Assembly: GCA_008632985.1 (NCBI GenBank)
Contig: QPGO01000077.1
Coordinates: forward strand, 310,001 to 374,000
Source: Psammoneis japonica
Taxonomy: Eukaryota
Reading direction: 5' to 3'
DNA: 64,000 nt
The stretch's first letter is position 1, and each line of letters opens with the position of its first letter. A program made the position numbers and the translations under genes. A model generated the notes under the pieces. The model searched no databases and was not told the origin of the DNA. It worked only from the letters and a program-made list of their open reading frames with translations. This document shows, one piece after another, positions 1 to 11,169 of the stretch.

Positions 1-12
1 GAACTGCAAGAC

Positions 13-2958
13 ATGATGGACGAGTTGGAGATTTCGTCCAAGATTCATCGAAGAGTGATTGCGCGAGCACTGGAGTCGTCACTTGAGGATCATCAGGAAA
101 AAGAAGACAAGACTACTGCAGCTATCATTGCTGTCGAGACGACGTCCAAACAAGTCGTGCCGGATTTTTTGGCTGCAGAAGAGTACGGCTTGACCGCCTT
201 TACGCCTGTTTCCGAGATGCATGAGTTGGATGGACTCTCCCAACAACTCTTGCGATCCAATTCCAACACGAGTTATGCCGGCGTCCACTTATGTCGAACT
301 GACGGGATGCACGTATTGTGTGGAAACCTGCGTGGACCGAATGGACAAGTCACGCCTATGGATCGAGGGAAAATTATGGACCATGGACAAAGTTTTTGTT
401 CTCAATTGGTGCTGGACAAGTCGAAAGATTTTGTCATTCGTGAGGCGACGCTTGAGGCATACCGTTCCATTGGATCCACCTATGTGGGCCACGTTCTCAA
501 AAACGAGCACGGGGCAAGGCTGGGTGTGGTGTGTCAATTTACGACAGACTCGTTTCACGAAAGTCAACGAGACGCAGAGTCCCTTCGACTCGTGTCTGCC
601 GAGATTGCAGCCATGATGGAACAACAACTCCGGCTACGAAAACAATTACTCGATCGAAACAAGTCTCTTTCAGAACAAGTTGAGACCTCCAAAAAGGAAT
701 ACATGGACATGGTGAGAAATCAAGAGCAGGTACAACGACAAGAAGACATAGCGAAGAGCGAATCACGTTCAGTTGAAGACCCATGTACGAACTCGACCTT
801 GTTGCCGTTTGTCGCAAAGTCATATCTGGCGTCCGAGCTGGAAAGGGAGCACATTCCTGCCTCGGTTGACAAAGAGGCGTTTCTTCTCGGCATGCCAAAG
901 CCACCAATTGGAAAAGACGACATGGCTCGCGTAGCCAGGGTGGAAGCCTTGGGGTTGCACAATATCGATCCAAACTCGCCTATGGCCAAGCAGCTCAAGG
1001 GATTAATCGCCCGGACTTGTTCCTTGTTTGGATTTCCGATCGTGACTATTACGATTCACAACCACATGCATCAATTTTGCTTAGGCATGATTGACAGTGG
1101 CCTTGGCATCATCGACGTCATGGACGTAGTCAACCGTGATGTGGAAGGAACGCCGTTTTGTTTGTCATATACACGAGGCGTCTCCGCCTGCAACTACACA
1201 ATTCTCAAACGACGCACTTTTATGGTACCCGACATGAGCAAGGACGAAACGTTCAAAAATTACGGCGCCACGACAAACAGTCCATTGCGTGCCTATGTTG
1301 GGACCCCAATAATCTCTTCGGACGGATACGTTGTGGCTGTGCTTTGCATGCTGGACTCGGTTCCTAGATACGATTTCACAAAATCTCACGAATTGGAAAT
1401 TGAACGAATGGCTCTCCTCGTCACACAGAGTATTGAGAATTGGGAGCATCGTCGCCTGATGGATCAACTCCTAGAAGAACGTAAGCTTCTTGAACAGCTC
1501 AAAAGCTCCATGGCGATGCAGGCAAGCAAAAAGCGCGAAGCGCCATCTGGTGAGGTCACAATCGTACTAACGGATATTCAGGGCTCAACAGCGTCGTGGG
1601 AGGCTGACGCTGAAGCCATGAAGGAAGCACTGATCCTTCACGATCAAATAATCCGAAAATGCGTCTCTCATCACAGTGGCTACGAGATCAAGACTGAAGG
1701 TGACGCATTCCATTTGGCATTTCATGATCCCTTGGACGCCATTGGCTTTGCCCTTCAGGCTCAGATTGACTTGTACAAGGCGAATTGGTCCGACAATATT
1801 CTTGCCTTGCCCGATGCAGGCGTCGATGGAGACGGCTGTTTTCGTGGCCTTCGTGTTCGGATGGGTATCCACCATGGCAGCGCTACGCCACAGATCAACG
1901 AAGTCAGTGGGCGTGCATTATATTCTGGGAAAACGTTTCGGGTAGCAAAGAGTGTGGAGGCTCTGTGTTTTGGTGGACAGATACTCGCAACGGCCGAAAC
2001 TTGGCGGGTTGTTTCTGAATTGAGCGAACAGTTGGGAACTCCTCAAGTAGTCGATTACGGAGAGTACATACTCATGACGGGAGAATTCATTGACGAAGGG
2101 ATCATTGCAAAGGGGGTGGTACAGTTGGTTCCAAACGAGTTGGCGTATGATTACTTTAGTTTGACCGGGAGCACTGGTAGTAGCCAAGAGGTGCTGGGGT
2201 CAAGAGGACGGAGATTTCCGCAGGTTAAATCGACTCGTAGACTTACTTCATCGTTCCTGGATGCGCCCAACAACAATGGAGCAGTTACCATGCTGTTTGT
2301 TTATCCATCGGGGACCGATGACATTCCTGATGACTTGGCGGACCGGACGTTTTCGATACTGACAAAAGTCGTCCGATCACTTCTCTCAGAAGTGTCACCC
2401 CCGGGGTATGAATGCCAAGAAGATAAAGGGAAATGGGTGATTGCTTTTCACTCCATGATTCCAGCGGTCAAGTTTGGTGTAATGCTCATGAAGGCACTGG
2501 GAAACGCGCCATTGGATAAAAACGTCGATGCATCTAGTCTCATCCGAGTTGGCATTCACTCTGGCGCATTTTCGGGTATGGGTCCTCACAACAAGACCGG
2601 TCGGGCGGATTACGTTGGTCCTGTTGTCAACCGTGCCGCTCGTGTAGCAGCCGCAACGGATCCTGGCAAGGTGTTTGTGGGTATGCCTGTTGTAGATCCA
2701 GCTGCTGTGCCGCCTCCTCCTGACATTGGATCTACAATATCGGTTGATTTGGTGTGCATAACGGAGTTGAAAGGTGTCTCTTGCAAAATAGCATTGTTTC
2801 ATTGTAGAGACAGGGCTGAAAAGGGGAGGATAGTAACTATCTTGAGAGACAAGAGGATTAGGCACGCGCGCAATGGCAATGATGCCGAAAGCAAACCGTC
2901 AAGACCAAAGACGTCCTTGCTTGAGTCGCTGCGTGTCCGTCGAGGCAGAAAAACCTAG
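13..2958 (+). CDS. Soluble class III adenylate/guanylate cyclase with two GAF-like domains and two cyclase homology domains
   Basis: 981-aa intronless ORF. GAF motifs (FCSQLV...YVGHVL...LGVVC; ACNYTI...YVGTPII...VLCMLD). Cyclase motifs TDIQGST, KTEGDAF, GLRVRMGIH and a second domain with IRVGIHSG...DYVGPVVNRAARV. Confidence 0.88.
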   Translation: MMDELEISSKIHRRVIARALESSLEDHQEKEDKTTAAIIAVETTSKQVVPDFLAAEEYGLTAFTPVSEMHELDGLSQQLLRSNSNTSYAGVHLCRTDGMHVLCGNLRGPNGQVTPMDRGKIMDHGQSFCSQLVLDKSKDFVIREATLEAYRSIGSTYVGHVLKNEHGARLGVVCQFTTDSFHESQRDAESLRLVSAEIAAMMEQQLRLRKQLLDRNKSLSEQVETSKKEYMDMVRNQEQVQRQEDIAKSESRSVEDPCTNSTLLPFVAKSYLASELEREHIPASVDKEAFLLGMPKPPIGKDDMARVARVEALGLHNIDPNSPMAKQLKGLIARTCSLFGFPIVTITIHNHMHQFCLGMIDSGLGIIDVMDVVNRDVEGTPFCLSYTRGVSACNYTILKRRTFMVPDMSKDETFKNYGATTNSPLRAYVGTPIISSDGYVVAVLCMLDSVPRYDFTKSHELEIERMALLVTQSIENWEHRRLMDQLLEERKLLEQLKSSMAMQASKKREAPSGEVTIVLTDIQGSTASWEADAEAMKEALILHDQIIRKCVSHHSGYEIKTEGDAFHLAFHDPLDAIGFALQAQIDLYKANWSDNILALPDAGVDGDGCFRGLRVRMGIHHGSATPQINEVSGRALYSGKTFRVAKSVEALCFGGQILATAETWRVVSELSEQLGTPQVVDYGEYILMTGEFIDEGIIAKGVVQLVPNELAYDYFSLTGSTGSSQEVLGSRGRRFPQVKSTRRLTSSFLDAPNNNGAVTMLFVYPSGTDDIPDDLADRTFSILTKVVRSLLSEVSPPGYECQEDKGKWVIAFHSMIPAVKFGVMLMKALGNAPLDKNVDASSLIRVGIHSGAFSGMGPHNKTGRADYVGPVVNRAARVAAATDPGKVFVGMPVVDPAAVPPPPDIGSTISVDLVCITELKGVSCKIALFHCRDRAEKGRIVTILRDKRIRHARNGNDAESKPSRPKTSLLESLRVRRGRKT

Positions 2959-5029
2959 TACCTGCGGTGTAGCGTGTATCCCTGTTCGGCTCTACGGCAC
3001 ATTCGGTTCACGGCTCACTCAAACGGCAGTGCCTTTGACCACAGCACAGCAAGCAACTTAAGTTGCGTCGAGATTGCGTTCCGAAAACAGAATAATGTAA
3101 ACTATTTTGTAGCATCGCAACATCATAGCAAGAAAGAATTTTCGGCTTCCGCTACGGCAGCTTCGCGGTAGAGCCCTTCACCCTTCCAATCACGCAGCCC
3201 TCTGACGATTGCCATCACAATGGCGGAGACTTGCTTCCCAATGTTCGACAAAGAATGCGCAAAGGCCGAACCATGTCCCAGGAGGCAAAAATAGAAAATG
3301 AGCTCTAAAAGGGGGAACCAAATCAGAAGGCTCCAATCATTTGGCGTAAAACTGAAAAGGCTTCATCTGGATTGTTTCGACGCAAATGCAAGAAATCCAT
3401 TCCACAAAGCGGCAAAGACCGTTGCTGTGGCAAAAGAGCCGAAGGCATGTGGCCAAAGCAATGCACAAGCCAATGCACCTTGCCGATGTCTGAACAGGCC
3501 CTGGCCTTTGCTTCATAAAAATGTGTCTTTTGTTGCAGCTGTGCCAAAAGAGTCTGTGGGGAGCTTGGTCTCCTTGCAATGAGTGAGATGCCCCCATTGA
3601 CAATGACTGCCATGCTTCCCGCAAGTCCTGCAGAGATTGTCTCATGAGGCAGTGACAATCAACTGTGAAGCAAGAAGCAGCATTCCAAGAGGCTCCAACA
3701 GCTTCACATTCTGAACAAGTGATGCCAAACCAAACTTGATTCCCAAACTGGCAAAGAGGGTGCCAATCACAATCTGCAACTGCCATGCATTTTGTCAGTG
3801 GATGAGAAGTGCTTTTCCCTTGGCAACAATGCGCTCTGGAAGAAAACTTAAGGAGAGCTGAACCGCCAATGAACCAGAGAGCCAGCAGCAACAGTTTGCC
3901 TGTTCATGTGCAGCTTTTCTCTGCCATGATTTCCTCAAACCATTCCAGAGATGTCAGCCCAGCAATTTCAGCCATGGAAGTGCTGTGCAACACAGTGAGC
4001 TTGTGCAAGTGCATCTTCCAAATGGTGGTCCAATGACCTTGTGCATGGAATTGGTGGGCAATGGCTCATGTGGGGGGGAGTCTTGCGGTGTTTGAATTTT
4101 CATCATGGCATGAACAGAATCCCTCACTCTTGCATGAACATGGCAATGCCCACACAACCAATGAAAAGAAAGACCATTTTTCAGTTTGCAGATTGCACCT
4201 TGGCACCATTGTTTGCTGCGCACTCCCAGGCAAAGAGTCATCTCTGCCAGAGTGCCAAAGCTTCAACTCACCAGTGGAAATGAGCTGCAAGAAGCACAGC
4301 AGCAGTGTGCGCCAGCACATGAACATGCTCCAAAACACTCAGCCACTGTCAAAAGATTGCTGCCACCACATTTGCTCCACCAAAGCAACTGTGCTGCAAC
4401 TCTCTAGATGGCTGTCAGTCAGCCACCATCAGAGAGATCCACTCAATGTGCCCATCATGTGAACAGCAGCAGAGTGATGATGGCTCCACCCCCAGAAGCT
4501 TGCACTGCTGTGAATGGAAAATGATGGCATGGCAAGTGCAAAAATTGAGTTGCTCCAAAGTGTTTTCCCACAATGAAAAGTTGTTTATCTTGCAGGTGGT
4601 GACAAATGCCAGCAAAACATCAAGCCAAAAACACAGCGACATGCACCCATCAATGCACAAGCATCTGCAGGTGGGGAGCTCAGCAAAACATTGCTTTGCA
4701 GCTCTTTCCTGCAAGTGTGATCCAAAGAAAGCTCTCTTCTTCAAATGTTTCAAGAGGGCAGGCAAAAGCTCTGCAGCTCCTGAGTTTTTGAGTGCTGCTG
4801 ATCTTGTTGCTGGCAAAACCTGCACCTGGGGCACAACATGTGTGTCAGCTGCAGAGTGCTGGTGTGGCTGCATGTGATTTTTTGTGGTGTTGGGTGTCCA
4901 GGAAGCAAAGTTTGTGCTTTGTGCCATGCATGTTGTGTCATGTGTTGGTGTCTTTGTTTTTCTCATCCATCAAGAAGAAGCAGGCTTCTCTGGCTTCTGT
5001 CAACCACACATTAAAAAGTGAAGGTGCCC

Positions 5030-7600
5030 TGTTGGAACATCAGGGTTGGAGGTGGTTTTTACAGGACAGACAAAGTTGCATTGGAAGACACACTGACGAT
5101 TGTGGACAACATGGCAAATTTGCATTCGCAGCTTGGTTTGATTGGCAGGTCTTGTGTTCACTTTTTAGCTTCTGTGCCTGGTTGACACAGCAACAGCAGT
5201 TGACAGCATTGGCAAGAACATGTTTGTGAGCCACACCACAGCAAGTTTGGGATTGGCAAGGCTGAATGTGCACCAGTCAGCAGGCCACAAAACTCCAACA
5301 CAGAAGCCAAAAAGTCACAGCGTGACACTCAAAGGAGCAGTGTCATCAAAAGAAGGCTGGAAAGTCAACAGGAATCCAAAGACAAGGCTGGAAAGTTGAT
5401 GAGAATCTAAAGGTGTGCCTCGTGTTGGCAGATCACAGCAAACAAGCCAGCTGAACAAGGGCAAAGAAACACAATCTCTGTGGAGGGCCTTGTTGCTGTA
5501 AAAAGTAAAACTGTCAAGGATTTGCTGAAAGAGGGCACAGCAAGGTTGTGTTGGGGTTGGTGAGACAGAGTGCACAGCTGTTGGTGAGTCATGAATTTCC
5601 AACATGCGTCCCCAGAAATGTGGCAGACAATGACACAGCTGAGTGCAGAAGCATGAATGATTTAAAGGAGTGGGTGTGTGACACCATTGCTTGCCAACAA
5701 GTGGACAACAGGCACCAGAGGGTTGCATGGAAGCCATGAGGAAGATTGGCGAGTGTGTTGGAAGAATGCTTGGGCCAGAGATGCAAGCACTGGCATCTCT
5801 GAGGCAGGAGAGCATGCCAAAAGAGCCGGGTTGCTCATTGGGAGACACTGCATCAGAGAAGGACAAGGCAAGCTGGGGCAAGCAATGTGCAATCTCTGTG
5901 CAAAACAACAGAGTGCAATCTGCAAGACACAGGAAGCCATGTGTGGAAGACTTTCATCACAAACTTGAAGGAGTGATGGAGTTCACAAGAGTTGCAAAGG
6001 AGTGAGGTGTGGCAGCACTGCTGGACATTCTCAAGTCAGATCTTGTTTGATGCAAATGAGAAAACAAACCAGCATGTTCAGGCAGTCAAGGCTTGGAAGC
6101 AGTTGGTGCTCCGTCATCAAGACAAAGAAGAAGTGCTTCAAAATCATTGCAGTTGGTTTGCAAGCATGGTTGAAGTGGTGGAAACATCCTGTGGCAGGAT
6201 TGTCCCAGAAAAAATCACCAAGAAAGAAGATGGGTTCAGCAAGGACATGCTGGTCACATCCAGAACAAAGAAAAGAACAAGTTGTTGTTGGTGATTCTAG
6301 TGGAAGGTGCCAATGAATGTTGGCATGAAAAGACCCACATCAGCAGTTCACACCAGGGGTGTTGACACTTGCCCCAATTCAGCTGAGGAGGCACCACAGG
6401 TGTTGGACACCTGTGGGACCAACAAGAAACCTGATGGTGCAAGTTTTGTGCAGAATGAGAAGAGGCAGATTAAACACTGGAAATGACACACCATTGCCAA
6501 GTTGGGATGACAGGCAGATGGTTGCACAGAAGCCACAAGGAAGTTTGGCAATCTTGTCAAAAGAACACTCAGGTGGGAGATGCAGGCACCAGCATCTCCA
6601 AGACAGGAGAGCAAGCCAAGAAAAGAGCTGGGTTGTCCATCAGGAGACACCACATCAGAGAAGAACAAGGCAATCAGGGGCAAGCAATGCAGCCACTGTG
6701 CAAAACAGAAGAGTGCAATCCACAAAAATGCAGAAAGCAAAGGCATCCATGTCATGGGGCAATTTGCAAAAGCCAGCACCTGTGGCAAACTTGAAGGAGT
6801 GACAGAGTTTGTGAGAGTCACAAAAGAGTAAAATGTGATGGCGCTGCTGCTGGACATGCTCAAGTTGAACTTGCTTGATGCAAACAAGAAGAAAAACCTG
6901 CATGTCCAGGTGGTCAAGGCTTGGAAGCAATTGGTGCTCATCATCAAGACAAAGGAGCTGTGCTTCAAGACCATTGCAGTTGGTTTGTGAGCATGGTTGA
7001 AATGGTGGAAATGTCCTGTGGCAGGATCATTCCAGAAGAGGTGATCAAAAACGAAAATGGGTTCAGCACCAATGCTGATGATGCCCAGAGCAAAGAGAGG
7101 AGCAAGTTGTTGGCAGCTCACATTGGGGGTTGACATGCATCCCAGCTCAGACAAGGAGGCACCACAGGTCATCATGTTGGGTGCCTGTGGGACCAACAAG
7201 AAACCTGATGGCACAAGCTTTGTGCAGAACAACAAGAAGAAGGTTGCATGCTGGAAGTGTGACAAAGTTGAACTTGCAAGGAGAAATTGTCCTGTCAATT
7301 GACTGATGACTCATGTGAAGGAGTGAGTTAGAACATCAGGGTTGCTGGAGGCAGTTTTCATTGTGCGGACAGACAGAGTTGCAGTGCAAGATGTGCTGAC
7401 AATTGTGGACAATGTGGCAAGTTCATGTGCACAACTTGGTTTGAATTGCACAGGTGTTGTGCTCACTTTTTAGCTTCAGCACCAGTTGACATGCCAACAG
7501 TGGTTGACAGCACAGGCAACATGTTTGCAAGCCACACAGTGAGTTTGGGGTTGGTGAGACCAAACACGCATGCTGGTTGGCAAGCCATGAAACTCCAACA
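5030..7600 (+). mobile_element. Degenerate non-autonomous LTR retroelement (Ty1/copia CoDi-like gag, no pol)
   Basis: Homologous ~270-bp LTR-like repeats at 5030-5300 (TGTTGG...CCAACA) and ~7326-7600 (ends AACTCCAACA). Purine-rich tract before the 3' LTR. Gag-like peptides (DKASWGKQ, KLEGV, VQAVKAWKQL, SWFVSMVEMVE) and a decayed zinc knuckle CWKCDKVELARRNCP. Confidence 0.65.
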
Positions 7601-10559
7601 GAAGGTTGCTCACAAGAGCTTCCATGCAGAACAACAGGTTTGTGTTGGCACAAAATCAGCTGCTGAGCAAAAAAAAAAGAGCAAAAACAACAAAAGCACA
7701 CAGTGCAGCAAAAAATCCTCAGCACAAGGAAACCAAAGAGCCACGTCATTGGAGGCAAATGAGGTGTGGACCCATGCTGGTGTGGAAGAAATGGATGCTG
7801 CCTGCTGTGGCAGCAAAGCTGGCACAAGTGGAGAAGAGGAACAAGACCCACACTCTGGTGGAAAAAGCTGAGGGGAGCTGGCCATTGTTTGCCAAAAACA
7901 GACTGTCCAGCCAGACAAGCCCTGCTCAAAAAGATTAAAACAAGGAGCATTCAGGCACACAGGGCTGCACAAAAGACTTTGGCACTGCACTCCTCCTTCC
8001 CATCATTGTCATGAGACACAGGATGAGAGTGCTGTTCTTTGTGGAGCAGCAGTGTGCTCTTGGTCACATGGGGTGAGCCTGAAAGAATCCTGATTGTAAT
8101 GTGGGAAAACCTGCACTGGATTTTGCCAAATGGAGATTTGCCCCATTTCACCTCTGTGACAAAGAAAAAGCAGCATTGTGCAGCACTCTGTGGGGCTTTT
8201 TGGAGAGATGACCAGAGGTTTGCAGGCACTTCTTCTTCACAGAGAGATGTCTGCTGCAACAGCATCTTTTCTGAGTGAAGCACAAGCTGAAAACAACGAT
8301 GCCCATGGCGGCAATCTCACAGGTGGGTTTTTCAGGATGCCAGATTTTTTCATCATGTTCAGCTCAAACTTCTCATCTGTGATGTTGGCAGAGCATGTTC
8401 TCCATGGTGCAGCAGATGCAGTTCATGGCTTGCTCAAACAGAAGTGTCTTTGATTGTGTCACATCATGCAATCTGTGTTGTGTTGAGATTGCATTCCAAA
8501 AACAGAATGATGGAAACTGGTTTGCAGCATTGCACCGGTGCTGGGACAACAAAGAAATGTTGGCTTCCATTGCAACTGCTTTGTGGCAGAGCCCTTCACC
8601 CTTCCAATTGTGCACCACTCTAGATGTGACTTCACCTGGCACATGACAAATGGAGCAAACATGTCTTGCATGACACCGCATGCACCACCATGTGCAATTG
8701 TCTTGCCAAGCCCTCCTCGACAGGGGCATTTTGCTTCTTGGCATTCAGCCATGCACCTGAAATGAACAGCTTTCTCCATGTTGTCTAAGAAATGATCAAA
8801 GCAAATCACAACAAATCAATTGCATTTTCCAAGAGACCAAGCTTTTGAATCTGATTTGAAAGAAACCACAGCAAGACAGAAATCACCACGCCACTGCCAA
8901 GGAGACATCTCACCCCTCCAAGGAGGCCCCTGGTTGGTCAGCAAGACAACTCAAGTGTTAAATGAAACAAGTGAGGACAAGCAGCAAAGAACTCTTCTGG
9001 GAACCTTGTTTCCAAGCACCAAGGTGCGGTTCTTGGGTGGAAGAGAGGCAGCAGCATGTTGCGCCATTTGGCTCCATTGAACATGTCAAAACAGCACCTG
9101 CCCAATCATCACATTCTGAAAATTCCCAAATTGACTTGGCCCTTGAGCACATCAAAGACTTTTCATTGCTCAACCTCTGCAGTGAGTGTTCACGACAATC
9201 TGTCTCTTGGCTCTGCAGTGGAAAATTGGGCTGTGCACACAACTCAAAATGGTGTCTCTCTGTTGTTCTTTCCATTCTTCTGTTCACAGGCCAATGATGA
9301 AGCATGTCTCCAAGGTGGAAAAGAAGCAGCCAGCCCTGAAATGCTAAAGACCTGCCATTGCTGCTGTTTGAGTGTGGTTGTTGCTTTTGTGCAAGACAGC
9401 CATTTCACAATGGTGCGCTGGTGTGTTCTTGCCCCCCCACAGATTTCAAAAAATGATTTGCTTGCTGCAATGCACAGAAGAAGTTGATGTGAATTGAGGC
9501 AGCCATCAAATTGTTGTCCCTTCTCCAACCTGTGTGCAAGGTCAGCACTCTGTTTGTTCCATCCAAGAAGCATTTGTTCCAGTGGCTTGCAATGGCATCT
9601 CATGGATCATCTCATGGTGGCATTGTCTCAATGAAAAAATTGCTTTTCTTGCACACATGATGACAAACAAAACAACAAAGGCAGCAACACCAAACCAACA
9701 AGAACATGAAATTTTGGTCAGTGCATGAGGAGCAGCTGCACATGGCAAACTCATGTCCTGTGCAACACTCCATCACTCTCTTCTTGCACAGGCACACACT
9801 TCACAAGAGAAGAAGATCTTTTCAAATGTGTTTCAACAGGACAACAGAGATAGAAGCTCTGGCTCCTGGATTTTTTGGAGCTCCACAGTTGTCAGCTGGT
9901 GTGTCTCTTGGCTGGGACATGTGCCAGCATGTCTCAGCTGTGGCAGCATGCCTGTTGTGCGTTAAACCTGAAGCTGGATTTCTGTGCAGCAGCATGTTCC
10001 AGGAAGTGAGTTCAGTGCTTCATGCCACAAATGTTGTTGTTTGTTGGTGTGCTTTGCTTTGCTGTGTTTGTCACAGCAGAGGCAGGTCTCTGGCACTGGC
10101 GGTTCCTTTCAGACAACAACTGCACACATCGCAAAACAAAGGTGTTGTTTTTCACAAGAATTTCACAAGTTTGCCAACACAAAATGTCTGCTTTGCAGCA
10201 ACAGCAGTCAGAGTGAAACCCATGGAAACCCATGGCACTGCAGGATGCTGATGAGGAAAATGACAATGCTGCAGAGCAAATGGCATGAACCTGTGGGTGT
10301 GGAAGAAAAACAGTGGTGGCTGGTGGTGCATGATTGCACTGGCGGCAAGCAACTCTGGAGAAGAAAACAGCAGCAGCTGCTGTTGCAAGTTGGCAAAAAC
10401 TGAAAAATTGACAATGACACCTCTGCCAGAAAAACATTGTTCACACAAGCATTGCTTGCTCAAGGTGTGACTTTGTGCAGAAGCTCAAACAAGCAGGATT
10501 TTTGTTGGGCACACACACAAGACTTTGGGGCCGGCACACATGGCTCACTGCGCGCTGGG

Positions 10560-10995
10560 TTTTTTTGTGGGATGCCAGGTTTTTCATCATGGCAAGAGCT
10601 CTGCTTGATTTTTAAAGATTTTGAGTTGAATGGCCAGGGCCTTGCTCTAGTGGCCACCGGTCTTGTTCCTCTCTCCACTTCAATTCTCCGTCTTTCGTGC
10701 CACTCTGCGAGGGGGGAATTCTTTTTTGCTGCCCTGCTTCTGCTGTGAGGCAACAAGAGCATGTGCTTTTCCTCTTGCAACAACAACATGCAGAGATTGC
10801 CAAATGTTGCTCGCCTCATGTGGTTTCTCTCACAACCCCACGAGAGTTTTTTGCAGGATGCCAGGTTTTTCATCATGGCAAGAGCTTTGCTTAATTTTTA
10901 AAGATTGAATTGAACTGCCAGGGCCTGGCTCCAGCCACTGGTCTTGTTCTTCTGCACTGTTCAATTCATTCTCCGTCTTTTGTGCCACTCTGCGT
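10560..10995. repeat. Diverged ~150-bp direct repeat, two copies (10560-10710, 10848-10995)
   Basis: GGATGCCAGGTTTTTCATCATGGCAAGAGCT...ATTCTCCGTCTTT-GTGCCACTCTGCG occurs twice; a short related piece lies at ~8330. Confidence 0.85.
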
Positions 10996-11169
10996 GAAAA
11001 TCTCGGGCGGTGTCGGCGGTGTTCGTTGCATCTGTCTCAGTCTCTGCCGGATGGTTTTCTACGATGATCCTGGTATGATCTTTTCGTATGTAGAAAATAT
11101 ACCTATCTAACGTACAGTTGCCGACGACGCGTCTCCTCCGGCATTTTTTTCTCGTTTCTGAATCTCACC

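Larger units (their letters stand above)
2990..11000. mobile_element. Island of degenerate transposon/repeat-derived DNA (CA/TG-rich, CpG- and TpA-poor)
   Basis: No coherent gene. All frames give Cys/His/Gln-rich junk ORFs. Internal duplications (3005-3190 vs 8420-8608; 10560-10710 vs 10848-10995) and gag remnants. Confidence 0.8.

Noticed and set aside
7950..8800. MULE/FAR1 transposase remnant (HSHP and CSICH motifs)
   Set aside because: Motifs are too short, and His/Cys are inflated by the mutation bias; the family cannot be supported.
3400..10500. Classical fungal RIP
   Set aside because: RIP raises TpA and lowers CpA; the opposite is seen here.
3300..10900. Dozens of 60-300 aa Cys/His/Gln-rich ORFs in all six frames as novel metal-binding proteins
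   Set aside because: Loss of TA removes TAA/TAG stops and enriches TGY/CAN codons, so these ORFs are a by-product of composition.
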